A stretch of 64,000 nucleotides of DNA, taken from IMG/VR virus record IMGVR_UViG_3300036761_003779, positions 1 to 64,000 of that record; one strand, 5' to 3'. Made by a program: the position numbers and the translations under genes. Of this stretch, positions 9,090-18,466 are shown piece after piece. Origin of the DNA: a virus. How positions within the stretch are numbered: position 1 is the first letter of the stretch; each line of letters starts with the position of its first letter. Below the pieces are notes generated by a model. That model did no database searches. It saw nothing but the letters and a program-made list of their open reading frames with translations, and was not told where the DNA came from.

Positions 9090-9787
9090 GCGGAGGTCTC
9101 CCTCTGCGCAAACGGCGTGGAGAGGATGTTCTCCGGCCGCTGCTTGCTCGTCCGCGTGAAGACTCGCCGCTCCGCCTCCGGGAGGTCCTCCAGCCGGAGG
9201 GTCCCCGCCCGGAGCGCCACCTCGCTCCGGAGCAGCTGCGCAATGACGAAGGCGTCCGCGACGTTCCCGCCGGCGCCCGTGGTCTTCCCGAACTCGAGGA
9301 AGTTGAGGTCCCACCTGTCCCGGCATGCGATGACCACCTCCGCCTTCTCCGCGTTCCCGTTCCCCGTGGCGAACATCTTGACCGCCTGCACGTCGTAGAC
9401 CCTGTAGGGGATCCCCCGGGCCCAGAGGAGGAGGCGGACGACCGCTCCGACCTCCCCGAGGTGATGGGAGTAGGCCATCCGCGCCAGGGCGTAGTCCTCG
9501 AGCGCGGCGTGCGCCGGTGTCCACTCGCTCAGGAAGCCGCCCAGCTGAACGCGAAGGTCCTCGAGCCGCGCCGCGCGCCCGGCCTCGTCCCCCGCCCGCA
9601 CCTCCCGGGGAGGGAGCGCCCCGCGCTCGCGGAGCGCCTTGGCGCCCGACTTCGTGTCCGCCCAGAAGAGGACGCCCAGGAGCTTCCCCGCCGCGTCCAG
9701 CGCGACCGCCGCCGTCCCGGTGGCGGACTGGTCGATCCCGATCACCGCGGCCGCCTCCGCCGCCTTGTACAGCCGCTTCTCAGCCAC
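9086..9787 (-). CDS. RuvC-like Holliday junction resolvase
   Basis: IGIDQSATGTA, ALEDY, VKMFATGNGNAEKAEV, NVADAF. Confidence 0.85.
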   Translation of the reverse strand: MAEKRLYKAAEAAAVIGIDQSATGTAAVALDAAGKLLGVLFWADTKSGAKALRERGALPPREVRAGDEAGRAARLEDLRVQLGGFLSEWTPAHAALEDYALARMAYSHHLGEVGAVVRLLLWARGIPYRVYDVQAVKMFATGNGNAEKAEVVIACRDRWDLNFLEFGKTTGAGGNVADAFVIAQLLRSEVALRAGTLRLEDLPEAERRVFTRTSKQRPENILSTPFAQRETSA

Positions 9788-10625
9788 GCTCCCTCCTGTC
9801 CCGGAGTAGCCGCGATGCGGCCGCCCGGACCTGCGCCGGGTCCCGGTCCACGTACACGCACCGGCGCCCCGCCCGGTCCGCCGCCACGAGCGTGGTCCCG
9901 GTCCCCCCGAAGACGTCGAGGACCAGGCCGCCCTCCGGGCAGCCGGCCCGGACCAGCGCCTCAACGAGGTCCAGGGGCTTCTGCGCGCGGTTCAGGTCCA
10001 CGCCGTCCCCCCGCTTCAGCCGCTCCGACTGGTTGACGACCCCGCGCTCGACCCAGTTCGGGCAAACCGCCGGGACCCACTCCCCGCCCGGGTGGGCCAC
10101 GAAGTAGTTGCGCTGCCGCGGCATCGCGTCGAGGTCGAAGAAGGCGCCCGGCGCCTGCCCCACGGCTAGGAACTCGCAGGCGGAGACGAAGGTCCGCTTC
10201 CGGACGGAGCAGGCCGGATTCGGCTTGCACCAGACGAAGGAGGCCCGGACGTCGAAGGCCGCCTCCCGGAGCCACCGCTTGATCAGGGAGAGCCACCAGT
10301 CCGAGGTCCAGATCCAGGCGTTCCCCGCCGGGAGGTCCCGCGCCGCCCCGACCAGGGAGCGGAGGAGCGCCTCCAGCTCCGGCTCCGGGAGCCGGTCCCA
10401 GGACTCGTTCAGGGCATGGTCCTTGTGCCCGGTCATGTTCCCGATGACCGCGTCGGACGAGACCGCGTAGGGCAGATCCGTGAGGAGGAGCGCCGGCGGC
10501 CCCTCCACGCGGGCGAGGACCTCCCGGAGGAAGTCCGCGTCCGCCGCGTCCCCGCAGGCCACCACGTGCCCCCGCGCGTCCTCCCAGATAAAGCCGGGGA
10601 CGATCTCGACCGCGAGCCGCTTCAC
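9780..10625 (-). CDS. N6-adenine/N4-cytosine DNA methyltransferase (beta class)
   Basis: Catalytic TDLPY precedes QKP..L...VLDVFGGTGTT (SAM-binding). Confidence 0.88.
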   Translation of the reverse strand: MKRLAVEIVPGFIWEDARGHVVACGDAADADFLREVLARVEGPPALLLTDLPYAVSSDAVIGNMTGHKDHALNESWDRLPEPELEALLRSLVGAARDLPAGNAWIWTSDWWLSLIKRWLREAAFDVRASFVWCKPNPACSVRKRTFVSACEFLAVGQAPGAFFDLDAMPRQRNYFVAHPGGEWVPAVCPNWVERGVVNQSERLKRGDGVDLNRAQKPLDLVEALVRAGCPEGGLVLDVFGGTGTTLVAADRAGRRCVYVDRDPAQVRAAASRLLRDRRERG

Positions 10626-11080
10626 CCTCCGACCTCAGGCCATGGACCCGTCCACTGATTCCTCCCAAACCGTTCCGGACACGTCTTCGAGCCATGCCGC
10701 TCCCCCCGCGCCGTTCGTTCCGGTCTGGTCCGCCTTCCGTGACTCTCCCCACGCGCCCGCCTATCCGGTGAAACGGAGTCCCTACCCCGCGCGGTCCGCC
10801 CCTTCGCGTCCCGGTCCGCGACGTTGTCCGCGTTGGTCCCGAGGAAGAGGTGGTCCGGGTTCACGCAGGATGGGTTGTCGCAGCGGTGGAGGATGCATAG
10901 ATCCTCCGGGATCGCCCCGTTGAGTAAAGAGAAGGCCACGCGGTGCGCGCAGTGCCGCCTCCCGGCAACTGTGAAGAGCCCGTAGCCGGAGCGCGTCTTT
11001 ACCCCAAGCCACTCCCAGCACCCGTCCGCCTTCCTCACCTTTGACCAAAATCTCTTCTCTATTGGGACATTCCTACTCAT
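10622..11080 (-). CDS. HNH homing endonuclease (free-standing)
   Basis: RFWSKV..CWEW..GYG..HRVAF..LHRCDNPSCVNPDHL. Confidence 0.9.
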   Translation of the reverse strand: MSRNVPIEKRFWSKVRKADGCWEWLGVKTRSGYGLFTVAGRRHCAHRVAFSLLNGAIPEDLCILHRCDNPSCVNPDHLFLGTNADNVADRDAKGRTARGRDSVSPDRRARGESHGRRTRPERTARGERHGSKTCPERFGRNQWTGPWPEVGG

Positions 11081-13280
11081 TCCAAGCTCCGCTTCTATCC
11101 TCCGCCTCCCAGCGGTGGACCACGACCACGTTCCGGAACTCCCTCCGGACGTCTGCATGAGTTATTAATGATACTTGCCGGATCCCCAGGTCCTCCAGCC
11201 CGCCGAGGAGGAGGGCGTGGAGCGCGGCCCGGTTCGGCTCGTCCAGCGCGCCGTCCGGCTCGTCGACTAGGAGGGACTCGCAGCGGACCCGCCGCCGACT
11301 CCCGGGGAGCGCCGCCAGCCCAAGGCGGACGCCCAGGCTCAGGAGGACCTTCCCGCCGCCGGAGTCCAGCTCCCAGGCGGACTCGTGCTCGCCGTCCAGG
11401 ACCTCGAGCCGCAGCTCGTCCCGCCGCTTCCGCCGCCGCGGCGCCCCGCACAGCCGGCAGAGGTGGGTCCGCTCCGCCTTCTCGAACGGCGTCCCGCAGC
11501 CCACGCAGGCCGGCTCCCAGTCCTTCAGCTCCCGGGTCGGCGCGAACCGGACCCGGAGCGGCGTCCGGAGGACCTCGAGGACCCGGTTCATGTTGGCCTC
11601 CGCCGACCCAAAGGCGTTCTCCAGCTCCCGGCTCGGGATCCCCGCCGCGCCGAAGGCGTAGGCGGCCCAGGCGGTGAGCTCAAGCTCGCGCCGCGCCGCG
11701 CCCCGCCGCCCCTCCAGGTCCGCCCGCTCCGCCGCCGCGCGCTCCAGCCCGGCCGCCTCCGCCCGCGCGTCCGCCGCGACCCGCTCCGCCTCCCGGAGCG
11801 CCTCCCGCGCCTCCCGGAGGGCGTCCGCCGCCCCCGCCAGCGTCCGGGACTCCGGGACCGCCGGGAGGGTCTCGAGCCGCTTCCGCGCCGCGTGGAGCGC
11901 CCGGCCCACCTCCGTCCGCCCCAGCCGACCCCGCTCCACCTCCCCCGCGGCCGCCTCCGCCGCCCGCTTCCGGGCGGTCAGGTCCGCCATCGCCTGCGCC
12001 GGCGTCGCCGCGCCCCGGAGCGCCCGCAGCTCCCGGACCTCCTCCTCCGCGGAGGCCACGTCCGAGCGCGCCATGCCCAGGCGCCAGTCCACCTCGTCGA
12101 TCTCCGTCTCCAGCGCCATCATCCGGCGCCGGTGCCCGAGCCCGTCCACCTTCATCCCGGCCAGGACCGCCTCGTCCCGCGCCACCCGGTCACAGGGCTC
12201 CCGGAGGACGGGGCAGACCCCGGTTCGGCTCTCCACCAGGGCGTTGTACTTTTCCAGTAAGGCTAGACGAGCATGCCCCTCCTCCCGCAGCGCGTCCTCC
12301 GCCCGGTGGAGCGCGGCAAGCGCCTCCTCCGCCGTCCCCCGCATCTCCCCGAGCGCGGCCTCCCGCTCCTCGAGCCGCCGCGCCCGCTCCGCCCGGTCCG
12401 CCGCCGCGCGGTAGGCGGTCTCCGCCTCCGGGACCGCCGCCTCCGCCGCCGCCGCCGCGTCCTCCGCGTCCCGTCGCTCCTGCGCCAGGGCGTTCTCCAG
12501 CCGCCGGACCTCCGCCCCCGCGGCGTCCCGCTCCCGCCGCTTCCCCTCCCGCGCCTCGTCCGCGGCCCTGGCCACCACATGGCGCTGGAGCGCCTCCTCC
12601 GCTTCCAGGCGCGCCGCGTCAAGGGCCAGGTCCGCTCCCCTTGCCCGCTCCCGCATCTCCTCCCCCCGGGCCAGCAGGGCGCCCAGGCGCACCTCCTCCG
12701 CGTCCAGCGCCCGGAGCGTCGCCTGGGCCCGGAGCATCCGCCGCCGCGCCAGGTCGGCCCGGGGCACCCAGCGGTCCGTCCCGAACCAGGGCGCCACCAC
12801 GCGCCGCTTCTCCCCGGCGGTCAGGCGCATGAAGGCGTGGACGTCCCCCTGCGCCGCCGCCATCGTCAGGGCGTACTCCTCCCGGGAGAGCCCCACGACC
12901 TCGTCCCGGACCGCCGCCTCGAGGTCCGCGTCCGAGACGTGGGCGCCGTCGATGGTCCGGATCGGGTCCCCGCCCGCCGTCCGCCCGCGCCGGAGGACCC
13001 AGGAGCGCCCGTCCGAGGACTCGACCTGCGCCTCCGCCCAGGCGTCCTCCTTCCCCCGCGCCAGCCGGTGGGGGAGGTCCTCGACGCGCCCGCCGCGGGT
13101 GGCTCCGAAGAAGACGTACATGGGCACGTCCACCGCCAGCCACGATTTTCCAGCCCGGTTGGAACGGTCGCCCGCGCCCTCGTACTCCCCGACGAAGACC
13201 GTGACGCCCGGGCCCAGCCGGACCTCCCACTCCGCGAGGAATGGTCCCAGGTTGTTGACGGTCAGCCGCGTGAGGATCAC
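11073..13280 (-). CDS. SbcC/Rad50-like SMC ATPase
   Basis: SNRAGKS Walker A, QG Q-loop, long coiled coil, SGGGK signature, LLVDEPDGALD Walker B, ITH. Confidence 0.9.
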   Translation of the reverse strand: MILTRLTVNNLGPFLAEWEVRLGPGVTVFVGEYEGAGDRSNRAGKSWLAVDVPMYVFFGATRGGRVEDLPHRLARGKEDAWAEAQVESSDGRSWVLRRGRTAGGDPIRTIDGAHVSDADLEAAVRDEVVGLSREEYALTMAAAQGDVHAFMRLTAGEKRRVVAPWFGTDRWVPRADLARRRMLRAQATLRALDAEEVRLGALLARGEEMRERARGADLALDAARLEAEEALQRHVVARAADEAREGKRRERDAAGAEVRRLENALAQERRDAEDAAAAAEAAVPEAETAYRAAADRAERARRLEEREAALGEMRGTAEEALAALHRAEDALREEGHARLALLEKYNALVESRTGVCPVLREPCDRVARDEAVLAGMKVDGLGHRRRMMALETEIDEVDWRLGMARSDVASAEEEVRELRALRGAATPAQAMADLTARKRAAEAAAGEVERGRLGRTEVGRALHAARKRLETLPAVPESRTLAGAADALREAREALREAERVAADARAEAAGLERAAAERADLEGRRGAARRELELTAWAAYAFGAAGIPSRELENAFGSAEANMNRVLEVLRTPLRVRFAPTRELKDWEPACVGCGTPFEKAERTHLCRLCGAPRRRKRRDELRLEVLDGEHESAWELDSGGGKVLLSLGVRLGLAALPGSRRRVRCESLLVDEPDGALDEPNRAALHALLLGGLEDLGIRQVSLITHADVRREFRNVVVVHRWEAEDRSGAWNE

Positions 13281-13810
13281 TCCGCGCCCTCCTCCGGGAC
13301 GTGAGCCCAGATCTTCCGCCGCGCAATCAGGCTGACGAGACTGCGGGAGACCCCCAGCGCCTGCGCAATCGCGGTCTTTGACTCTCCCTCGGCAACGCAG
13401 CTCCGGATAACCTGCACGCGGGGAACGTCTATCTTCGCCGCCCCGTTCACGGGTCCACGCGCCAGCCGTTCCGGACGTTGGCGGGTCCAGTGCGCGTCCC
13501 CGCCCACGGAGACGTGCCGCCCACGGTCAAGACAGTCTGCGTTATTCTCCGCCACGGTCCCGGCGAGGAGATGAGCTGGATTGCAGCAGGGAGGGTTGTC
13601 ACAGGAGTGCCTCACCGTTGGCGCCGGGATCTCCCCATACGTTAATTCGTAGGCAACCCGGTGGGCACGCCTCCTCCAAATGAGTCCGTAGCCCTTCTTG
13701 CTCCGGGATCCGGTCCAGGGCCAGCAGGCGTCCGGACCGCCGCTCCGGTCCACCTTCGCCCAGAACCGTGTAGCCCACCTTTCCCTATTCATCCGTTGAC
13801 CTTTTAGCAT
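13277..13810 (-). CDS. HNH homing endonuclease with C-terminal HTH
   Basis: RFWAKVD..CWPW..HRVAY..VRHSCDNPPCCNPAHL; HTH KTAIAQALGVSRSLVS. Confidence 0.9.
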   Translation of the reverse strand: MLKGQRMNRERWATRFWAKVDRSGGPDACWPWTGSRSKKGYGLIWRRRAHRVAYELTYGEIPAPTVRHSCDNPPCCNPAHLLAGTVAENNADCLDRGRHVSVGGDAHWTRQRPERLARGPVNGAAKIDVPRVQVIRSCVAEGESKTAIAQALGVSRSLVSLIARRKIWAHVPEEGAE

Positions 13811-13820
13811 CTTGATATCC

Positions 13821-14231
13821 CTACTCGGTTGCGCCGGCGTCCGCCTCCCGGGCCAGCGCGGCGGCAAAGGCCACGCGCTCCGCCGGCTCCGGCGCCCGGA
13901 CCTCCTCCGCGAAGATGCGGAGGGAGTCCTCCAGGGGCAGCTCCGCCGCGTGCCGCGCGTCCCGGGCGTCCCGCCGCCGGGTCACGTGGACGACCGGCGC
14001 CCGGCAGGAGACCGCGCCGGCGGCCAGGACCGCCGCCCGGATGGCGTCCCGGTCCAGCTCCGCGACCCGCTCCTCCGCGACCCGGAGGACCAGCTTGACG
14101 CTCGCGCCCGCGATCCCCTCCGGGATCCCCAGGCCGGCAAGGCGCCCGTCCCAGTCCTCGCCCAGGTCGAAGGACAGCTCCACGACCGGGGTCACCGGAA
14201 GCGGGATGAACTCCTCGCGGACCTTAGACAC
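13821..14231 (-). CDS. Putative C-terminal part of a split SbcD/Mre11
   Basis: EFIPLP..PVVEL..ASVKLVL..IRAAV..AGA..; resembles the capping/Rad50-binding half missing from 14496-15239. Confidence 0.6.
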   Translation of the reverse strand: MSKVREEFIPLPVTPVVELSFDLGEDWDGRLAGLGIPEGIAGASVKLVLRVAEERVAELDRDAIRAAVLAAGAVSCRAPVVHVTRRRDARDARHAAELPLEDSLRIFAEEVRAPEPAERVAFAAALAREADAGATE

Positions 14232-14496
14232 CGCTGTCCTCCCGGAGCGCCTCAAGCAGCTCGGCGTGCTCCCGCCGGACGTCCGCCTCCACGCGCTTGA
14301 GCGCCTCCGCCAGGGTCTCCCCCGGGTTGACCGTGACCGTGGCGCCGCAGCCGACCTCGAGCATGTCGTACCTTCCGAGGTTCACTTTTCTACTGATCTG
14401 GACCCACGCCCGGTCGTCCTCCCGCGGCGCCCGCGCCCGCTGGACCCCGCTCCCGCCCTCCGGCGGGACCATCCGCTTGACCTTCGGCTCGTCCAT
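14224..14496 (-). CDS. Hypothetical protein inserted between the SbcD halves
   Basis: GGAGG RBS; RKVNLGRYDMLEV motif of small phage proteins. Confidence 0.7.
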   Translation of the reverse strand: MDEPKVKRMVPPEGGSGVQRARAPREDDRAWVQISRKVNLGRYDMLEVGCGATVTVNPGETLAEALKRVEADVRREHAELLEALREDSGV

Positions 14497-15239
14497 CAGA
14501 CCTCCGCGAGGATGGCGCCCTTGGGATCGGCCGCCTCCCCGAAGTCGACGTGGATAGCGGAGCCCACCACCGTCACGTTCCCGACCGCCTGGTGGCGGTG
14601 GATGTGCCCCGCGTAGACCCGGAGGACCCGTGGGTCCGCCAGGAGGACCGCCGGGATCCGGAGTCCAACGTCCCGCTGGGTGACGTCCCACTCGTTCCGC
14701 TTCGCGCCCGGCACCTCCAGGTGCGTGAAGGCCAGGACGCGCCCGCCCGCCCCGGCCTCCGCAAGCGCCGCCTCCGCCGCCTGGTCCATCAGGTCCTGCT
14801 CCGCCGCGCCCCCGAACACGGTCCGCGCCTCCCACGCCGTGACGAACGGGAGGAACAGGAGGACGGACCCCCGCCGGACGGTCCGGGACCACGGCGTCAG
14901 CAGGACCTGCGGGAGCCGCTTGAACCCCATCAGCGGGGAGAGCGCGTTCACCATCCCCCGCGTGGGCTTGTCGTGGTTCCCCGCCAGGACGAAGGCCGCG
15001 CGCCCCTCCTTCCCCGCCGTCCACTCCGCGACCGCCCGGAGGTACTCGAAGGCCGCCTCGTAGGCGTCCGGCCCCGGCCGCGGCGAGTGGAAGAGGTCCC
15101 CCAGGTCCACGTAGACGTCCGGGTCCCGCTCCCCGAGCAGCTCCACGCAACGCGCCAGGACGCGCCGCTGCTCCTCCAGCCGGCTCTCCCCGTCCGAGGA
15201 GAGCCCCAGGTGCTTGTCCCCGGTGACCAGGAGCCTCAT
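14496..15239 (-). CDS. SbcD/Mre11 metallophosphoesterase nuclease domain
   Basis: GDKHLG, LGDLFH, GNHD, FTH, AGHIH, VGS..VDFGE. Confidence 0.9.
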   Translation of the reverse strand: MRLLVTGDKHLGLSSDGESRLEEQRRVLARCVELLGERDPDVYVDLGDLFHSPRPGPDAYEAAFEYLRAVAEWTAGKEGRAAFVLAGNHDKPTRGMVNALSPLMGFKRLPQVLLTPWSRTVRRGSVLLFLPFVTAWEARTVFGGAAEQDLMDQAAEAALAEAGAGGRVLAFTHLEVPGAKRNEWDVTQRDVGLRIPAVLLADPRVLRVYAGHIHRHQAVGNVTVVGSAIHVDFGEAADPKGAILAEV

Positions 15240-15514
15240 CGCTTCTCCCGCAGGTACTCGAGCGCGGCGTCCAGGATCGCCTCCTCCCGCACGTCCAGCT
15301 CCACCTCCCCGGCCCGCACCTCCCGGACCGCTCGGACGTAGGACGCGGTGAGACTTGCCATCCGGAGAAGCGCCCGGTCGTCCTCCGGGAGCGGCTGCGC
15401 CAGGGCGCCCACGAGCGTGGAGAGCAGCGCCTCCGGCGGCACGTCCGGGATCCGGAAGCTCAGCGCCTTGAAGAAGGTCACCAGGCGCTCGTCAGTCGGC
15501 GGCCGCGGTTGCAT
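15236..15514 (-). CDS. Hypothetical protein
   Basis: 92-aa ORF coupled to its neighbours. Confidence 0.65.
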   Translation of the reverse strand: MQPRPPTDERLVTFFKALSFRIPDVPPEALLSTLVGALAQPLPEDDRALLRMASLTASYVRAVREVRAGEVELDVREEAILDAALEYLREKR

Positions 15515-16619
15515 CCAGCTCCTCCGCCAGCGCCGCGTACCTTGGCGCGCCGTCCTCCCCGGGCTCCCGGAGCCAGGTGAGGAACTTGGTCTTGTTCGCG
15601 GCCACCGTCTCCCCGCGGTAGAGGTAGCCGGTCCCGTTCTTGAACTCTACGACGCCCCGGGTGACCGCCTCCTCCCGGACCTCCCGCGCCAGGTCGAGTC
15701 CGATCTCCGTCCCCTTCTCCGTCCCGGTCGCCGAGTAGAAGTAGGCGACCTCCTCCAGGTGCGGCCCCATCGAGTTCTTCTCCACCACCATCTCGTGCTT
15801 CTCCCCCGCGAGCGCGCCCTCCTTCGCGTCCCCCGCCTTGACCCGCGCCGCCGCCGTGACCCGGAGCCGCCAGCCGGAGTCGTACTCGACCGCCCGCCCG
15901 CCCTTCACCGTGTAGGTCTTCTGCCCCGGCATCGCGTCCAGCTTCTGGCTCTCCCGCTGGACGAAGACGAAGGACTCGTCCCGCTCCAGCGTGGGGACCA
16001 GGCGGTCCAGCCAGCGGGAGTTGAGCATCGCCCGGAGCGGGTAGCCCCTGGACTCGACCTTCCCCGCGAGCAGCTCCTCCAGCTCCGTGGAAGGCGTCAG
16101 CCGGTTGATGGAGTCCACCCCGACGACGCAGAACGCCTCCGGCTGGAGGTCCCCCGCCGCCTTGGCCGCCCGGAACTTCCCCCGGAACTCCTCCACCTTC
16201 TCGATGCACTCCTCGTACGTCTTCGGCTTGTAGTAGGCGATCTCCCCCAGGTTCCCGCAGATGGCCCGGAACCACTTGAGGTCCACGGCCCGGCACTCCG
16301 CGTCCACGAAGAGCCCCAGGCCGCCGGTGACCCAGGCCGCGTGGAGCAGCTCCGCGAGCAGGAGGGTCTTCCCGCCCTGGCTCGGCCCGTGGAGAGCCCC
16401 GACCATCCCGCCCGGGATCCCCCCGCACTTCATGGCGCGGTTGAGGGAGGTCAGCCGCGTCCGGAGGAACAGGGGTGGCTTCACGTCCGACCAGAGCTGA
16501 AACCCGTCGATGCCCCCGATGAGCTTCGACAGGCGCTTGCTCCGCGCGCTCACCGGCGGGTCCTTCCCGCGCTCCTCCTCCCCGGAGGGCGGTGCCTCCC
16601 GCTTGACCCTCGTCGCCAT
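15492..16619 (-). CDS. RecA/UvsX-like recombinase
   Basis: GGIPGG..HGPSQGGKT, FVDAE, GVDSI, GGRAVEY, VEKN. Confidence 0.9.
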   Translation of the reverse strand: MATRVKREAPPSGEEERGKDPPVSARSKRLSKLIGGIDGFQLWSDVKPPLFLRTRLTSLNRAMKCGGIPGGMVGALHGPSQGGKTLLLAELLHAAWVTGGLGLFVDAECRAVDLKWFRAICGNLGEIAYYKPKTYEECIEKVEEFRGKFRAAKAAGDLQPEAFCVVGVDSINRLTPSTELEELLAGKVESRGYPLRAMLNSRWLDRLVPTLERDESFVFVQRESQKLDAMPGQKTYTVKGGRAVEYDSGWRLRVTAAARVKAGDAKEGALAGEKHEMVVEKNSMGPHLEEVAYFYSATGTEKGTEIGLDLAREVREEAVTRGVVEFKNGTGYLYRGETVAANKTKFLTWLREPGEDGAPRYAALAEELDATAAAD

Positions 16620-17875
16620 CAGAACGCCTCGTCAGGGTTGGTCACATACTTGGCGCCGCAGTTGGGGTGCGGGCACTTCTCCGCCGTCTGCGGGACCGCC
16701 TCGTGGCACTTCGGGCAGATGTCGTAGGGCTCGTCCGGCCCGGGCTTCCAGCCCAGCTCATTGGCCGGCTCCGCCGCCTTCTTCTCCCGCTTGGCGGTGG
16801 GGGCGGGCTTCCTCTCCGGCTCCTTGACCGCGGGCTTCTCGGCGGGCTTGGGGGCGGGCTCCGGCTCGGGCTCCGGCTCGGGCTCCTCCGCCGCCGGCTC
16901 CTCCTCCGGCTCCTCCATGACCTCGTCGCCCGGGAGCTCCTCGTCCGCCGGGGGCTCCTCCGGCTCCTCCTCCACCTTCTTGGTGCGCGGCGCCGGCGTC
17001 GCCTTCTTCCCCGTCTTCCCCGCGGGCTTCTTGAAGACCTCGTCCGCGTTCTCGATGACGACCTCGATGTCGTCCCGGATCAGCGCCGCCGTCAGGGCGG
17101 ACATCATCTCGTCCGGGTCGGAGAGCTTCAGCTCGTCCTCCAGGTCCGGAGCGTCCCCCTCGAGGAGGGCGTTCAGCTCCTCGTCGTCCCCGGGGGACTC
17201 CTGCACGCGCGCCCGCGCGCTGTACATGTCCGTCCCGCGCTCCGCGTCGTGGAACTCGATGATGAACGGATAGGGCGTGAAGTAGGGGTTGCCCGCCTCC
17301 TCCCCGCTCTCGTCCATCTCGGAGTCGATCTCCTTCCGGATCTCGACCGCCAGAGTCTTGGCCCCGGAGAGGACCTCCACCTTCAGCTTCTCCGGCCGCT
17401 TCCCCTTCCCGTCCCCCACCTTGATGGCGGCGGTGACGAAGTCCGCGTTCGGCTTGAGCGAGCGCCGGTAGTCGTAGCCGTCCAGCCCGAGGATCTCCCC
17501 CTTGCTGAACTCCGTCTTCCCGCGGCCGCTCCCGACGGCGAGGATGACCTCGTCCGGGTCGATGTCCTCCCGCTCCGAGAGGATGGACCGGAGGGTCTGG
17601 AACGGGCACGCCTTCGGGTCCTTCGGGACGTTGTAGGGGAGGGACATGACCTTCTTCTTCCCGGTCTCCTTCCCCTTGTCGTCCTTCTCCGCCAGCTCCC
17701 GCGGGAACCACACGCGGAGCCGGTCGTGAAGCTCGCTCCCCGGGTGGAGGTAGATCTTGGCCTTGGGCTTCCAGTCCATCCGGTCCGCCCCGCGGCCCCG
17801 CGTCTGGGCCACCTCGCGCAGGCGGGCCACCTTGGCCCGCGCCGCCTCCAGCCTCTGCTCCTTGGTCATGCTCAT
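16619..17875 (-). CDS. Putative ssDNA-binding protein with acidic/Pro-rich tail and C-terminal zinc ribbon
   Basis: Position between polymerase/mediator and RecA; very acidic C-terminal half; CPKC..CPHPNCG; function inferred from context. Confidence 0.5.
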   Translation of the reverse strand: MSMTKEQRLEAARAKVARLREVAQTRGRGADRMDWKPKAKIYLHPGSELHDRLRVWFPRELAEKDDKGKETGKKKVMSLPYNVPKDPKACPFQTLRSILSEREDIDPDEVILAVGSGRGKTEFSKGEILGLDGYDYRRSLKPNADFVTAAIKVGDGKGKRPEKLKVEVLSGAKTLAVEIRKEIDSEMDESGEEAGNPYFTPYPFIIEFHDAERGTDMYSARARVQESPGDDEELNALLEGDAPDLEDELKLSDPDEMMSALTAALIRDDIEVVIENADEVFKKPAGKTGKKATPAPRTKKVEEEPEEPPADEELPGDEVMEEPEEEPAAEEPEPEPEPEPAPKPAEKPAVKEPERKPAPTAKREKKAAEPANELGWKPGPDEPYDICPKCHEAVPQTAEKCPHPNCGAKYVTNPDEAF

Positions 17876-18456
17876 GACTCCTTCTCCTTCTGCCCCCTCC
17901 TGGGGAGCATGTTTGGGTCCACGCCGCGGCGCGACATCACCAGGTCGGTCTGCTTCCGCAGGGAGGCGGCCCGGGACTCCCACGCCTCGAACATGTGCTT
18001 CATCAGGTTCTTGGCCCGCTCCAGGTCGATCCGAGCCTTGGCCCAGCGCCGGTACTCCGGGATGTGGGCGGCAACCCAGTTCTCGACCATCTCCTGCGTC
18101 ACCTGCCCGGACTGCCGCCCGTCCCGCTTCGCCTTCTCCAGGGACTCCCGGGCCTGTCCGCTCCACTCCGTGTAGGCCACGCGCCAGTCCAGCTCGAACT
18201 CGTCGAGGTCCTCCGTCGCCACCTGGAGGAGCATCCCCGCGCGCCGGAGGTTGGCGTCCACCTCGTCCAGCGCCCGGTGGATCAGGTCCGGGTTCGTCCG
18301 CCCGTCCCCGATGGTCAGCCCCTTCTCGAGCCGCTCCCAGACCTCCTCCACGTTGACGTTCCGGAGGCGGTCCTTCAGGAAGCCGCAGCGCGCGCCCCGC
18401 GTGGCGTGGGCGTCCAGGCTGGCCGTGGAGCGGAGCATCTTCGTTCGGGCTTCCAT
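17872..18456 (-). CDS. Helical protein, possible UvsY-like recombination mediator
   Basis: Coiled-coil character, VTQEMVENWV motif, location. Confidence 0.45.
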   Translation of the reverse strand: MEARTKMLRSTASLDAHATRGARCGFLKDRLRNVNVEEVWERLEKGLTIGDGRTNPDLIHRALDEVDANLRRAGMLLQVATEDLDEFELDWRVAYTEWSGQARESLEKAKRDGRQSGQVTQEMVENWVAAHIPEYRRWAKARIDLERAKNLMKHMFEAWESRAASLRKQTDLVMSRRGVDPNMLPRRGQKEKES

Positions 18457-18466
18457 CCGTCACCTC

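Noticed and set aside
16790-16980. GGCTCC/GGCTCG tandem repeats
   Set aside because: Simply encode a Glu-Pro low-complexity linker
17876-18463. N-terminal extension of the 614-aa ORF
   Set aside because: Out-of-frame overlap with 17872-18456; an RBS supports a start at 17875
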